Origin: Williopsis jadinii
Taxonomy: Eukaryota
Direction of reading: 5' to 3'
Length of the DNA: 64,000 nucleotides
Assembly: GCA_024346625.1 (NCBI GenBank)
Contig: AP024665.1
Span: 1,054,001 to 1,118,000, forward strand
The position numbers and the translations under genes were made by a program. This document shows, one piece after another, positions 24,631 to 35,950 of this stretch; position 1 is the stretch's first letter; each line of letters begins with the position of its first letter. Below the pieces are notes generated by a model. The model was given only the letters and a program-made list of their open reading frames with translations, made no database searches and was not told where the DNA came from.

Positions 24631-25521
24631 TCATGATATCCACATCGAGCTTGGACGTTTGTGATGAACTGGGGAAAAGCCATTGAGTGGCCGTGTTGGC
24701 GGTGTTCTGTAGTATGGCTTGGTTTCCGGTTGTTCCTCTGGCACTGCCAGTATGCTAGATGTCTGTAATGGCTTAGGACACTCTCTCCATGGATCCAGGG
24801 AAGAGTCAAAGTTCTCCTCCACTATGGAAAAGTCGTCCGATGAGGTTTCGGATGGTGAAGTGCTATCTTCAAGTGCCGTGTAATATTCTTCAGGTGACTG
24901 TTCCGGTTCAAGTGGTTGGAAAGGAGAATTGTCCTTGTAAAATTGTATGATCTGCGAGCACGATAGATCTGAAATGTTAGAAGAGCTCTGTGAAGCTAGT
25001 ACATCCTTCGAAAGGCCGTCACCGATTTCCTGTTTCAAAGGTGATGATGACCGTTTAGTGTGCGAAACGGGTGTCACCGGCATTGAAACATGTCTTTTAC
25101 CTGAGGTAGTGGTAAACTGGTTTCCACTGCCCTGAATGTTTTTCCCAGTCAATGGAGGCCGTTTGTGATATGTCAATGAGGCACCTGATCTGGATGAAGG
25201 GTAGACAGGGAAGCTGTCCTGCAAAGCTGGTGGTTGTTCCAAGCCATAAGGTGGTCCAGTGACAACATCAAACACAGGTGTGCTTACAACCCTTCTTCTT
25301 GCGTCACGCTTACCCCCACTGTACCTTGTCTTTACCCTGATAGGGAGATCGTCTAATGACTGTATATATGGGCTAGGTGTTGGTATTTCAACAACGATAT
25401 TATCCATCGAGATCGGCTCCAGGTCGTGTTCCGTGATCCTATCACCTTTAAACTTCTGTGAGTATCTCATCGTGTGTAAGACGTCCCCAATTGATGTACG
25501 GTGAACAAAAACACTGTACAT
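24631..25521 (-). CDS. Ser/Pro-rich uncharacterised protein, possibly Dse3-like, 296 aa
   Basis: ATG ORF with an RRVVSTP motif. It lies within the RPT4-GCD1-RPN8-GPN2-RBL2 block, where S. cerevisiae has DSE3 (synteny inference only). Confidence 0.6.
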   Translation of the reverse strand: MYSVFVHRTSIGDVLHTMRYSQKFKGDRITEHDLEPISMDNIVVEIPTPSPYIQSLDDLPIRVKTRYSGGKRDARRRVVSTPVFDVVTGPPYGLEQPPALQDSFPVYPSSRSGASLTYHKRPPLTGKNIQGSGNQFTTTSGKRHVSMPVTPVSHTKRSSSPLKQEIGDGLSKDVLASQSSSNISDLSCSQIIQFYKDNSPFQPLEPEQSPEEYYTALEDSTSPSETSSDDFSIVEENFDSSLDPWRECPKPLQTSSILAVPEEQPETKPYYRTPPTRPLNGFSPVHHKRPSSMWIS

Positions 25522-26050
25522 ACACTACGAGTCTAAAACACCGGGTACTACCATGTTTATATGCTTCTACAATTAAGTTCCATACGCTGTGTTCAATACT
25601 CAATACGTTCTTCTCTTGCATCAGCGGATCTAATGGGAAGTGGAGGTCGACATGTCGCCAGCCCCCAAAACGTATATAGAAAGCATATGAATACCACGGC
25701 ACAGTCACATTGGTGCCTGCTACGAGCACTAACCATGCGGTACAAGACACCTTTGCATGCGTTTGGGTCTTTGAAGGCTGTTGTTACCGTCTATAAGTGG
25801 TGCGCAGTGGCTGGCGGTGTTACTAGATACGTCCATGGTGTTTGGATGTGCAGGTGTCTGGGTGTGGTGATGTGCGCTGGCTTGTGTGCGGATGCAGTCG
25901 GAGGGAAGGGCTATGGCACAATGCTGCTATGAATGCAAGCGTGATATGGGTCAAATTGTGATCTGAGATAAAGCTCTGAATGTTTATATATAGAACTACA
26001 TATCAGACGGCTTCAACCCCGCCCCTGAATCAAAAAGAATGGGCGTTGAT

Positions 26051-27361
26051 TCAACGTTCAAACAGCCCATCATCTTCGAAATCGTCATCGAAGTCATCTT
26101 CGTAACTGTCGTATTCTTCAGAGTCGTCGTCATCGCTATCGGTCTCACTTTCTTGGCCAGCAATGAAGAGATTGGTCAATGTCTCACCCTTTGCCTGGAA
26201 CGCCTTGTTGACGATATAGCCACCCTCGATGTTACAATTCGTAAGTCTTGCCTTGGAGTTTACTGTCGCGCCTTGGCCAATGACACAGTTCTCAAGTACA
26301 ACATCGTCTTGTAGTGTAATGTTATCTAGTAATACGCATCCGGTCAGACGGCATCTGTTACCAATGATACAGTTTTTACCGACAACGGTCTTCTTCACGC
26401 TGGTACGTTCACCAAGTTGGGTGTTTTCACCAACGACGGAGTCAGCACCAACAGTAGCAGCGCCCTTTTCCTTGGCCTGTGCAGGCTGCTGTTGTTCTTT
26501 AGCTTTCAACTTCATTATGTAACGATTGGATTCAATATATGCAGGAATGTTGTCGGCCCTTATGAAGTTGCACTCCTTTGGCAGCGTGAAGAGTGATATA
26601 CCGCCCAGCTGATCAGAATGTCTCCATGAGCGACGTGCAAGGTCTCGAACCATCTTTGTGATGGACTGATTCTTATACTCGCCAATGTACTTCTTGATGA
26701 TTGAAATGGCAGCTTGTGAGAAGAAGTAGATGAACGAATCCAAGAGCTTTGTAGACACTGTACAGTTTGGGAATCTCCATATCATCTGAGTTCTCAACTC
26801 CAAGAATTTCGATTGCTCAACACTGTCTTTGGAGTAGATATCAAGAAGGTGTTGGTCCTCTGAATAAGCTGTATAATAATGAGTCAAGTTCTTCTTGTCA
26901 ATGCTGTCAAATTTATTGAGGTAGTGGACACTCATTGCAATATCTTCGTCGTCTCTGTTTCTATATTCTTCGATAAGCACCTGCGGTGGTAGATCAGTGA
27001 TGAAGTCACACGGCAGCAGCACGAAATCACCAGCGTTCTCTATATCTTGAATAAACTCCTCCAGGATCTCGCCCGTGGCGTCACCGTCAAACTTCACAGT
27101 CCCAATAGGACAGACAAGAGCCTCTTTCGATCTCTTGGAGCGATACTTCTCCAGGAGCTCCTCGATAGCAGCATTACTCTCAGAATCGGAAACCACAGTG
27201 ATGGCCCTAAACGGAGCTTGGTCGCACCATTCCAAGACATATTCAATCATTGGCTTGTTCCCAATGGGTAACAGAGCCTTGGGAATACCGGATTCTCTCA
27301 CAGTGGAGAACGGAGACAGTCCTGTTCCCTTACCACAGCAGATAACAGCATGGAATTCCAT
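26051..27361 (-). CDS. GCD1: eIF2B gamma subunit
   Basis: Nucleotidyltransferase-like N-terminus (AVICCGKG, PKALLPIGNKPMIEY, LPCDFITD), hexapeptide beta-helix C-terminus, acidic tail ending DDGLFER. ATG at 27361. Confidence 0.94.
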   Translation of the reverse strand: MEFHAVICCGKGTGLSPFSTVRESGIPKALLPIGNKPMIEYVLEWCDQAPFRAITVVSDSESNAAIEELLEKYRSKRSKEALVCPIGTVKFDGDATGEILEEFIQDIENAGDFVLLPCDFITDLPPQVLIEEYRNRDDEDIAMSVHYLNKFDSIDKKNLTHYYTAYSEDQHLLDIYSKDSVEQSKFLELRTQMIWRFPNCTVSTKLLDSFIYFFSQAAISIIKKYIGEYKNQSITKMVRDLARRSWRHSDQLGGISLFTLPKECNFIRADNIPAYIESNRYIMKLKAKEQQQPAQAKEKGAATVGADSVVGENTQLGERTSVKKTVVGKNCIIGNRCRLTGCVLLDNITLQDDVVLENCVIGQGATVNSKARLTNCNIEGGYIVNKAFQAKGETLTNLFIAGQESETDSDDDDSEEYDSYEDDFDDDFEDDGLFER

Positions 27362-27522
27362 CTTAACACTGTGCTCCACGTTGAACTGTTTGAAGAGAAG
27401 ATGTGTTTATAGCGTAGAGAAAGAGAGAACGAGGAAAAAAAATGCATCATCGAAGCTGCGCTCTGGAAACACAAAAACCGCACATTCGAGGGTAGAAGCA
27501 CCCCGGAAGTGGAAATGTCAAA

Positions 27523-27532
27523 AGTGGCGAAA
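27523..27532 (+). promoter_or_regulatory. Rpn4/PACE-like site upstream of RPT4
   Basis: AGTGGCGAAA resembles the (G/A)GTGGCAAA element, about 80 bp upstream of a proteasome gene. Confidence 0.45.
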
Positions 27533-27609
27533 ATGGATGTCAACAACAACCACAAAAACAACAAACAACAACAACAAACATCGATCTAAGCGGATAGGTA
27601 TATAAGAAC

Positions 27610-28866
27610 ATGAGTGATAACGATCCACTGTTGCAAGCACTGAACGAGGATAATAGTGGTGATGTACCTGAAGCTGCACCACAACAGCCATCTCCGGAGC
27701 AATTGGCGAGAGATCGGGCGCTGTCGAAGTATAAGTCGAAGCTATCTGAACACCGTAATTGGGATGCACGTCTAAAGGAGCTTCGTCTCAGTATAAGATC
27801 GCTGGAGAGTGATTTCGATAAGACCGAGGACGATATCAAAGCGCTGCAAAGTGTAGGACAGGTGATTGGTGAGGTGCTGAAACAGTTGGATGATGAGAGA
27901 TTTATAGTGAAGGCTTCGAGTGGACCAAGGTACATTGTCAATTGCAGAAACTCCATCAAGAAGGAGGATTTGAAGCAAGGTGTACGTGTTGCATTGGATA
28001 TGACAACTCTGACGATAATGCGTATCCTCCCAAGAGAGGTTGATCCTCTGGTTTATAACATGACGACATTCAAACAGGAGGATGTGAACTTTGGAACTGT
28101 TGGTGGTTTGTCAGAACAGGTTAGAGAGTTGAGAGAGGTTATTGAATTACCTTTGAAGAATCCAGAGTTATTTCAGAGAGTTGGTATAAAACCTCCAAAG
28201 GGTGTTTTGTTATACGGTCCTCCAGGTACCGGTAAGACACTTTTGGCAAAGGCTGTGGCATCCACAATTGGTGCCAATTTCATTTTTTCTCCAGCATCGG
28301 CCATTGTGGACAAGTACATTGGTGAGTCTGCAAGATTGATCCGTGAAATGTTTAGCTATGCAAAGGAGCATGAGCCTTGTATCATCTTTATGGATGAAAT
28401 CGATGCCATCGGTGGTCGTCGTTTCAGCGAGGGTACCTCGGCAGATCGTGAAATTCAGCGTACATTGATGGAATTGTTGAACCAAATGGATGGTTTCGAT
28501 TACTTGGGACAAACTAAGGTCATCATGGCAACCAATAGACCAGACACTTTGGATCCAGCACTTCTGAGAGCTGGACGTTTGGATAGAAAGATTGAAATCC
28601 CATTACCAAACGAGGCTGGCCGTCTAGATATTTTCAAGATCCACACTGCAAAGATCTCTAAACAGGGAGAATTCGATTTTGAAGCCGCTGTAAAGATGAG
28701 TGATGGATTTAACGGTGCCGATATTCGTAATGTTGTCACTGAAGCTGGGTTCTTTGCCATTAGAGCTGATAGAGACTACATTGTTCAAAATGACTTGATG
28801 AAGGCTGTAAGAAAGGTTGCAGAGACAAAGAAGTTAGAAGGTAAGTTGGAGTACGAAAAGTTATAA
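27610..28866 (+). CDS. RPT4: 26S proteasome AAA-ATPase Rpt4
   Basis: [47 protein letters not shown]-terminal EGKLEYEKL. Confidence 0.97.
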   Translation: MSDNDPLLQALNEDNSGDVPEAAPQQPSPEQLARDRALSKYKSKLSEHRNWDARLKELRLSIRSLESDFDKTEDDIKALQSVGQVIGEVLKQLDDERFIVKASSGPRYIVNCRNSIKKEDLKQGVRVALDMTTLTIMRILPREVDPLVYNMTTFKQEDVNFGTVGGLSEQVRELREVIELPLKNPELFQRVGIKPPKGVLLYGPPGTGKTLLAKAVASTIGANFIFSPASAIVDKYIGESARLIREMFSYAKEHEPCIIFMDEIDAIGGRRFSEGTSADREIQRTLMELLNQMDGFDYLGQTKVIMATNRPDTLDPALLRAGRLDRKIEIPLPNEAGRLDIFKIHTAKISKQGEFDFEAAVKMSDGFNGADIRNVVTEAGFFAIRADRDYIVQNDLMKAVRKVAETKKLEGKLEYEKL

Positions 28867-29519
28867 GAGGTGTTACATCATGAATCATAATATCAATCAC
28901 TCATTAGCAAGTGCACTTGTTCTTTTGTAGTGATCATAAGCATCATATCTGTCTATCAGGTGTTTAACCTTGAGACTGCCTTGTCTATCACAATTGCACC
29001 CTACTCTGCGACATTGCTGGTACATTCGATTAGCGTGAATACGTCTATAGGTCAGGATTCATCATATCAATCAACTGGATGTTATATATCGTTTAAACCT
29101 CTTCCACTGTGGCATTTCAACCAGTTTCGCACTTTACAGTTCTTTAACTGTTGGCCTTAGCTATGGATCTCCAATCGATGGTTGTGAGCCACTGGTCTGT
29201 TCAACAGGTCTAGGCATCTTGTGTTGACCAGCAAATCCGTGAGTGTTCGTGGTCCTCACAGTGCTAAATACAATGATTTCCAGAACCCTTTGTTCTAACT
29301 TCTATTGTCGCAGTTATTGTGCCTTGGCTAATTCTAGTGGACTACTCATCTTGATTATTACTTATCCTGAGTACTGGGTCTTCATTTCATTCAAGACTGT
29401 CTTCTGAGTCTCATCTGCTGAGTCTCATCCTCAGATCTCAGCCTGGTATCTCTCCATGGGATATGCTCCTCGTATTTCCACATGAATGGTAGTCATAGGT
29501 ATCGTGGACAGTGTAATTT

Positions 29520-29858
29520 TTAACCAAAATAGCATAAGTTATTGATCTTAACGGACATTGTCTCATTGAGTGCAACCTCAATGAGGAGCTGCACTCCTGT
29601 ATCCGTGGCACTAGTGGCTCCATTCTTTGCGTATTGGATTATTATTGCTTTCATCTTCTTTAGTTGTAATTGCAGCTCATTGACTAATTCTGTGGAAACG
29701 AAGTTACAATGTCCTCCTGAATCAACATGTGCTGGTATCGAAGCATTGTTGTATGACATGTCAAAGATGATAGAGTACTCTGTGCCAGGTACCTTCATTT
29801 GTTGTCTTGAAATACTGTTGTAATCCTCCTCTTCATCACCTTGTGTTTCTTCTTTCAC
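29520..29858 (-). pseudogene. Retrotransposon aspartic protease remnant
   Basis: IPAHVDSGGHCNFVSTELVNELQL resembles the (A)L.DSGA..NF.S active-site region. The ORF is truncated. Confidence 0.8.
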
Positions 29859-30035
29859 TCTGGTTTAGTATAAAATGACCTTACTGTCTTCTTTAGCTAG
29901 TCATCGCTGCGTTAGGGGAGTTTCGTCTGAAATGGCTTGACTCTCCATACAACACAACGCTTGGTTCGTCTTTTGGCGTGCTTGTTAGATTTGGTGGCCA
30001 TCGTTTCCGAGCTCATCTTGTCTTCATAATCCGCT

Positions 30036-30557
30036 TCATAGGATTCTGAACTCACAGGAAACAGTGGAGCTGTGTTTGGATCCATAACGACATGAATCGT
30101 CACCCCTTCTGTGGTACTCTGTCTCTCTGTGGGTGTCTGCCCAGTGAGCATGATAATAGCACTCAGCCATATCCGCAGGTTTACGTAGCCTCACGGTCAT
30201 CCTGATACGTGAGTGTAATCCTCTCAAGAAGATCCCCTTTGGCAGGCATCTGTTCTTGAAATCGACCCTCGTCCGTTCCTCATTCACCTGCTCCCTTGCT
30301 TCTTGAGCATATTTGTGATTGGTGTACCTTCCTCTGGCATTACCCTTGAGATGCGTTTCGAACATCTCTAGCCATGTGATTCCACCTAGAGAGTCCATGA
30401 CCGAGCATTGAGAAGTAAATGCATCAAGATAGCTCAAGACCTCCTCTGCATTAGTGTCACCATAGAACTCATCGATATGCATCCGTTCTGTTAGCCTCTG
30501 TATGTTTGTATTGTGAATGCTCATATGGACCTCTGGGAATCCGTAAGGACTTGACAT
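30036..30557 (-). pseudogene. Ty3/gypsy gag remnant
   Basis: Capsid-like motifs with an apparent internal deletion between 'FKNRCLP' and 'FLRGL'. Frameshifted downstream. Confidence 0.75.
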
Positions 30558-30606
30558 TGCTTCTGCTTCTTGAGTGATCCCCAACTTTCTGAAACGCTAC
30601 CAAGGG

Positions 30607-30905
30607 TGACGATACAAGCTCTTCACGATACTAATTACAGCAATATTCAGAACAGCCCCCTCTGAGTGCCTATTAATATACTCTGGCTTATTCTTTCCTC
30701 ACACCTATTCCTGAGTCCTGGATCTGGGGATTATACTGAGCTTAGGTTCCTTTAAGGTGAGCTTGATCCTCAGCTTAACGTTAATCTGATTACTTGAGTT
30801 CCTTATGAAAGAAACAGCTCTTCTTCTGCTTTTTCTCTATTGTCTCTTTTATCCATCTTACTGCTCCTATTGCTCTGTTCTCTTATTGTTCTTATCAGCA
30901 TTACA
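30607..30905 (-). repeat. Candidate 5' LTR (~299 bp)
   Basis: On the minus strand it begins TGTAATG and ends CGTCA, 4 nt before the PBS. No second copy in the window, so the boundaries are provisional. Confidence 0.55.
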
Positions 30906-30958
30906 TAGTTTGTTATGTAATTCGTAGCCCGAACTAGAAACCCAGAAATCGTGATTAA

Positions 30959-31032
30959 GGTCCCTTGGCCCAGTTGGTTAAGGCGTGGTGCTAATAACGC
31001 CAAGATCAGCAGTTCGATCCTGCTAGGGACCA
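30959..31032 (+). tRNA. tRNA-Ile (anticodon AAT), intronless
   Basis: Acceptor stem GGTCCCT/AGGGACC, anticodon arm TGGTG-CTAATAA-CGCCA, T arm AGCAG-TTCGATC-CTGCT, followed by a T6 Pol III terminator. Confidence 0.97.
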
Positions 31033-32235
31033 CTTATTTTTTATGCAGATTAGCGTCAGATCACGTGATCTCACTATTTTTAGGATACACTCACAAGTTA
31101 ACTCTGTGAATTAAACAACATTTAGAATGATATCCCTGGACGTACCAACCAGTCTCATGCTATATCTACTTCCTTGTGCAAGTTCATAGCCCTTTTGAAA
31201 CGGATAATTGATTGGTTTGTCGTTATTAGCTGTTCGTTCTCATGGAGGTCTCCTACAAAACCGCGACGCGTAACGCAAACACTATGCAGTACGTTTTAAA
31301 CGACTTCACCATGGCTAAGGTGTTCTCTAAGGTTCTGGTCTTGCGTGTCTCGCCCTTGTTGACGAATCACGAAAGCCATACAGTGCTTTGTGCGTTAATA
31401 AAGTGACAGGGCTTATGAGTTTCCTCTTGATCGAACTTTCTGTTGAGAATTGTTGACGTGAAGCTACAACCACTCGTTCCTGCACCTTCTCCACCTATGC
31501 TGTGAACTGGAACAAATACTTACCGTTGAACAGCATCAGTCGTGGAGTTCTCAGTAATTCTACCCGGTATGTACACTGTATACACCTCACACGACGTTGA
31601 TGTGCTCATCATCGTCAAAACCCCGTACCTTCAACTCAAAGGTCGAAATCACTAAGCGGACAATCCCGAGAATGATTTGTCCTCTCCCCTCGTCCACCCC
31701 CGCCCCCACCACACAAAATAATAGGCGTCGTATAATACAAAATGTACGCCTTATAAAGCCATGTACAAACTCACTCCAACGATGTAAAATCCAACCTGTA
31801 ACAGGGTTCGCCACAGTCAGCCAATACAGAGGCTCCTTATCGACAGCTGAAGTTTATTACACACTGTCATGCTAAGCCGGAATGAGGATTTTAGTCCTGC
31901 CCTTTCAAATTAGGCGGGAATGCTTTGACAAGTGTTCCCGCCGCTTCGCCTTGAATCGTTGTGGCTAAACTTAGAGCGTCCGGCTGATGCCTTGAGGAAT
32001 CGATTTTATCCATTGTGACTTGACAATGTATTCTTCCTCGTCAACTCTCATTGCTGCTGTGTGTATTCTTTTCTCTCTCTCTCATTGACGTGTTTGGTTC
32101 TGATACGTCATTTTCTCGTTGCTTTACCGGACAGTGCGTGATATCATTGTCCATTGTTTGTTCAGTCCATCTGAACAAAGGTTTGCAAAGACTGATTTGG
32201 GTTTATTAGTTGCAGTGGTGTAAGAAGGAAAGACC

Positions 32236-34143
32236 ATGGGCAAGAAAGGGTTATCTTCAAAGGTCAAGAGGTCATTATTCGTTTCCGGGTTATCGCTTTC
32301 ATTATGCCTTACTGGTTTTCTGCTCTTCTACAATGCTGATCGCAATCACCTGTTCCAGCCTGCTGAGCATGACACGTACGATCCCTTAACGTACAAGGTG
32401 TCTCTTCCCAGCGGTGACGAGTCGAATACCGCTGCAACGCGTAACAAAGAAGAGGATGAACAGTCACATGTTCACCTCGAGAATATACTACCACTGATCC
32501 GTCACGGCGACATATTGCAAAGGCTCAGCAGTGGACAAAATGGCGGCTCGGTCTATACGTTCTTCAACGATGCGATTATCAGCAGGCTCTCGCCTCAGGA
32601 ACAGGGATACCATAAGACCATGCTGAGAAAGTTCATTCAACTTTACCACTCGCTGGGGTTTAACGTTCATATACTGAACTATATCGACGCTGTTATAAAT
32701 CCAAATGCTACAAAACTTATATCTCAAATGTCTATCAATGAACAAGATAAAGCAGTGATTCTATCAATGTTAGCCTGGCAGGCAAAACTCCAGGAGAGTG
32801 GGGATACTGAAGAAGGTTTATACTCCGATTATGAAATCTTCCCAATGAGTAACGAGCAGTCATTGAATCAGCTCACAAGTACAAAGATGAATAGTCTAAC
32901 TACACTGAAAGGGTATGGATATAGGTTGATGGTTAGTGACATAACTGGTGTCGATAATTTCATTGAATCTTTGTTGGAGAACGACACGACAGCTCCAAAG
33001 GCCTTTGAAACTGACCAGTATAACTCTGTGTTTGCAGATTATTCGATAAACACGTGGAGAAAATTGTTGAACACCGATAACTTGAGGTTCTTAATAGATG
33101 AGATCCCAAAGATATTGAACGCTCATTTACACCGCTGGAGACTTGCACGGTATGACACCGTCACAGTTGTTGATACAATCTCAATAGGCAGTCATTACTT
33201 TTCAAAACCGGTACTACTGGCTCTAAAGAGTCTGTTGAAAACCTCAGGACACGAACTTATCTATCCAATACCCACAATATCCTTTGTCGAGAGATTCGTG
33301 GTTGAGATCATGGATGCTTTACCCTGGAGGACATCCATGGATACCTCACAATATGACCAGGAGCGATCCTTAAAACAAATGCAAGAACTTTTAAAGCCAT
33401 TCATCCATGATCATCAAAAAAACTGGAACGTCGAAATAGTTTCCTCTCTGGATATGAATGACAATGACAAGAATTTGAAATTGGTCTCCATTCCACATCC
33501 ATTATCACTGGGTACTGCTATTGATCTCAATACTAAGGGTATGGTGACAAGTTCGCGTATGTCATCAATGAATCAACACGATTTCTTCTCCCAACATCTC
33601 GTCGATTCCCAAAACGTTGAAGATTTGAAGAGTTATATGGTTAAAGATCACAGCACCATTGTCTTCAACTCAGAAACACTCTCAACTAAGCAGTTTACTC
33701 ACGCTATAGCGCTCAATTTGGGTTTCGATATAGACGGTGTTAGCGACGAATGGGGCGTTGAATATCAGGATAAGGCCAAGCCGCTTAACGAAGTGCTCAA
33801 GCAAGAGTTGACGATTTCAGAGGGTGATTTCAAAATGAAGATGGAGATGGCCAGGAACTTGGTGACTCATTACGAATCGCCCAACAGCTACACTGAAACC
33901 CAGAGACAAAGCGAAGAAACATTGAAAACCTATAGAGATAAGATGAAGAACACCCCTAATTCTTATGGTATTGCTGATGACCTGGAGAGTAAACTTGACG
34001 ATTTATCGTATAGTGAAATACGCCATGATCCTATGGTGGACTTTGCCGAACTTTGGAATCCCAATGATACTGAGCTTTGGTGGTTGGCCAAAAGTTTGAG
34101 ATACATTGATGAAGTTGTTGCAACTTCATTAGCAAATTGGTGA
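32236..34143 (+). CDS. Uncharacterised type II membrane protein, 635 aa
   Basis: Long ATG ORF with a basic N-terminus, one hydrophobic anchor (~aa 14-33) and a large soluble domain. Family not recognised. Confidence 0.8.
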   Translation: MGKKGLSSKVKRSLFVSGLSLSLCLTGFLLFYNADRNHLFQPAEHDTYDPLTYKVSLPSGDESNTAATRNKEEDEQSHVHLENILPLIRHGDILQRLSSGQNGGSVYTFFNDAIISRLSPQEQGYHKTMLRKFIQLYHSLGFNVHILNYIDAVINPNATKLISQMSINEQDKAVILSMLAWQAKLQESGDTEEGLYSDYEIFPMSNEQSLNQLTSTKMNSLTTLKGYGYRLMVSDITGVDNFIESLLENDTTAPKAFETDQYNSVFADYSINTWRKLLNTDNLRFLIDEIPKILNAHLHRWRLARYDTVTVVDTISIGSHYFSKPVLLALKSLLKTSGHELIYPIPTISFVERFVVEIMDALPWRTSMDTSQYDQERSLKQMQELLKPFIHDHQKNWNVEIVSSLDMNDNDKNLKLVSIPHPLSLGTAIDLNTKGMVTSSRMSSMNQHDFFSQHLVDSQNVEDLKSYMVKDHSTIVFNSETLSTKQFTHAIALNLGFDIDGVSDEWGVEYQDKAKPLNEVLKQELTISEGDFKMKMEMARNLVTHYESPNSYTETQRQSEETLKTYRDKMKNTPNSYGIADDLESKLDDLSYSEIRHDPMVDFAELWNPNDTELWWLAKSLRYIDEVVATSLANW

Positions 34144-34147
34144 ATTT

Positions 34148-34793
34148 TCATCTATCACGCTTCAACTTTTTAATGGCATCATCAATCAACCCTGCGGATT
34201 TGAGCAATTCCTCGTCAGTATACTTCAAGAAGCTCTCTTTCCAACCTATCCACGTTTCCTGTGAACTCAACCGCTGGGATACTTGCTCGCTATCGAGTAT
34301 ATATGCACTTTCTTGCCAGATAAGAAAGTCCTATTTTGTATTTGTTAGTGTGAATCTCTTTATGCACTTTTCCCTCTTCCCTTTGCTACTAGATGTATAT
34401 TGATGTGTCTATCGTTACCCTGTTAAGCCCTTCAAATTCCTGTGTAATATCTTCCATTGTTTTGGAGTACTCGTTAAAGATGCTCTCTGAAGTTTCCAAG
34501 ATCGTCTTCCAATCAAAATGTGCGCCCAGGTCCACGTTCTCTGAAGCGCTAGCGCATAGCTCTCTCAATATCGACACAATCGCCTCTCTATTAACCTCTA
34601 GCGCCTTATCGAAGCGCTTGCTGGTTTGTGAACTCACGCCCTTAGCCTGAGGCCTCAAGTGCATCGCCACTGGAGAAGTCTGTGGAGTTGTTGTCACATC
34701 CTCCGGAGCGCTTACCGTTGTAATCGTCGAATGGTTGAAGTGGTCCTCCTGCACTACAGTGGAAGCCTTGGTCTGTGCTTCTTTTTGATTCAT
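34148..34793 (-). CDS. Uncharacterised coiled-coil protein, 2 exons (34793-34419, 34330-34148), 185 aa
   Basis: 88-nt intron 34418-34331 (GTAACG...CACTAAC...TAG). Splicing joins an open 60-codon exon DFLIWQESAYILDSEQV...KLKRDR*. Confidence 0.72.
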
Positions 34794-35950
34794 TTAGAAT
34801 GGAGACTATGCTAGAGTTTTTTGGCTGTTGTTGTTGTATTTGGTTGTGACTTCCTATATAAAAAACATCAACACTACTCCCATTACCGCCCTCTGCTTTC
34901 TCTCGCTCTCCCTCGGCAGTTTCTCAACCCAATTTGACACATAAAGCGTGTGCTTGTGTGTTTTCCTGGTTCAGCCGCTGTTGCCAGGGACACCAGCAGA
35001 TGCAAACACCGACGCACAAACAAACCCACTTGACCATGGGTGTGTGTATGTTTTGACAGTCCGTTTCCTTGTTCAACACATTCTTCGGGAGCTGTACGTG
35101 TATGTTTGGATGAAATTGGAACAAGGATACTCAACAGTGCTCGTGTAGATACGCAATCGGCCAATAAACTGTGAATTCCATGCTTCTTGTTACGCAGTTG
35201 TGGAAGCTTCTCGGCACAACAAATAGTTGAGACCAGGATTTCTCCGACGATATTAATTCGGAAACTGGGACAACATTTGAAAAGCAAAGGAAGCACCATT
35301 GGCTTCCAAAAACAAAAGGCACAACGAGCTGAACAATGGTTTTCAATGAGGAAGGCAGCTTACAGTTATATATGTAGCATTATATGGCGTACGTTTGCCA
35401 TGGACTGTAATCGGAGTCGCTTGTGGGAGCGAAGAAAGCAAAGCGAAGAAATGTAAACACCGCCCGCCTGGGGTTTTCTCGTAAGGGTTTCCCACGGGCC
35501 CAAAATTCCTAAAGCCGACTTCCGAGAAGAGTTCAGCCAGCGGGCACCTGGCCCCATTCCTCTTCTCATCTCACAGCCCACGTAGAGAGGTGTTCTGTGT
35601 GTTTTGAGTGATTTGTTTTTGTTTCTGCTTGTTGCCGCTTCTGCTTGCTGTTGTTTCTGTTCGTTGTGTTATGCGTAGAGAAGAGTTCCCTTGCGCCTCC
35701 TCATACTGTTCAGCCGCAAAATAAGAAGGAAAAAAATTGATCGATTGTTGTTGTCGATCAACTGTTTGTTTTGCCTTTGTTGTGCTAATATTCGACCTTA
35801 AAACGTTTCCATTCCGCTCCCTTGTGTCCTGTGCCTTTTCTGCTTGATTCCACTCTCGCCTGTCGGAAAACTTGTGTTTAAAGAAGGTACAACCAGGCCC
35901 TCCAACTTGCTAATCGCACACAGCTACCAAGACACAAGGACCGTAGTGAA

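Larger units (their letters stand above)
29400..30905 (-). mobile_element. Degenerate, 3'-truncated Ty3/gypsy LTR retrotransposon (5' LTR, PBS, gag and protease remnants)
   Basis: Minus-strand order: candidate LTR TG...CA (30905-30607), PBS TGGTAGCG (30602-30595), gag-like ORF (F.G...V..YL, HLKGNA, FLRGL..RIR..V...P), broken CCHC knuckle at about 29915-29957, aspartic protease motif HVDSGG.CNFVS. Lies just upstream of a tRNA gene. The left boundary is approximate. Confidence 0.85.

Noticed and set aside
28870..29400. Possible RT remnant or 3' LTR of the Ty3 element
   Set aside because: No match to the 5' LTR and no identifiable RT motif.
31058..31071. 14-bp palindrome AGATCACGTGATCT (CDEI/Cbf1-like)
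   Set aside because: Not followed by a very AT-rich CDEII or a CDEIII, so not a point centromere. At most a Cbf1 site.
31516..31524. ATACTTACC, identical to the U1 snRNA 5' end
   Set aside because: No U1-70K loop (GATCANGAAG) follows and no clear Sm site. It may be chance or a minus-strand GTAAGT.
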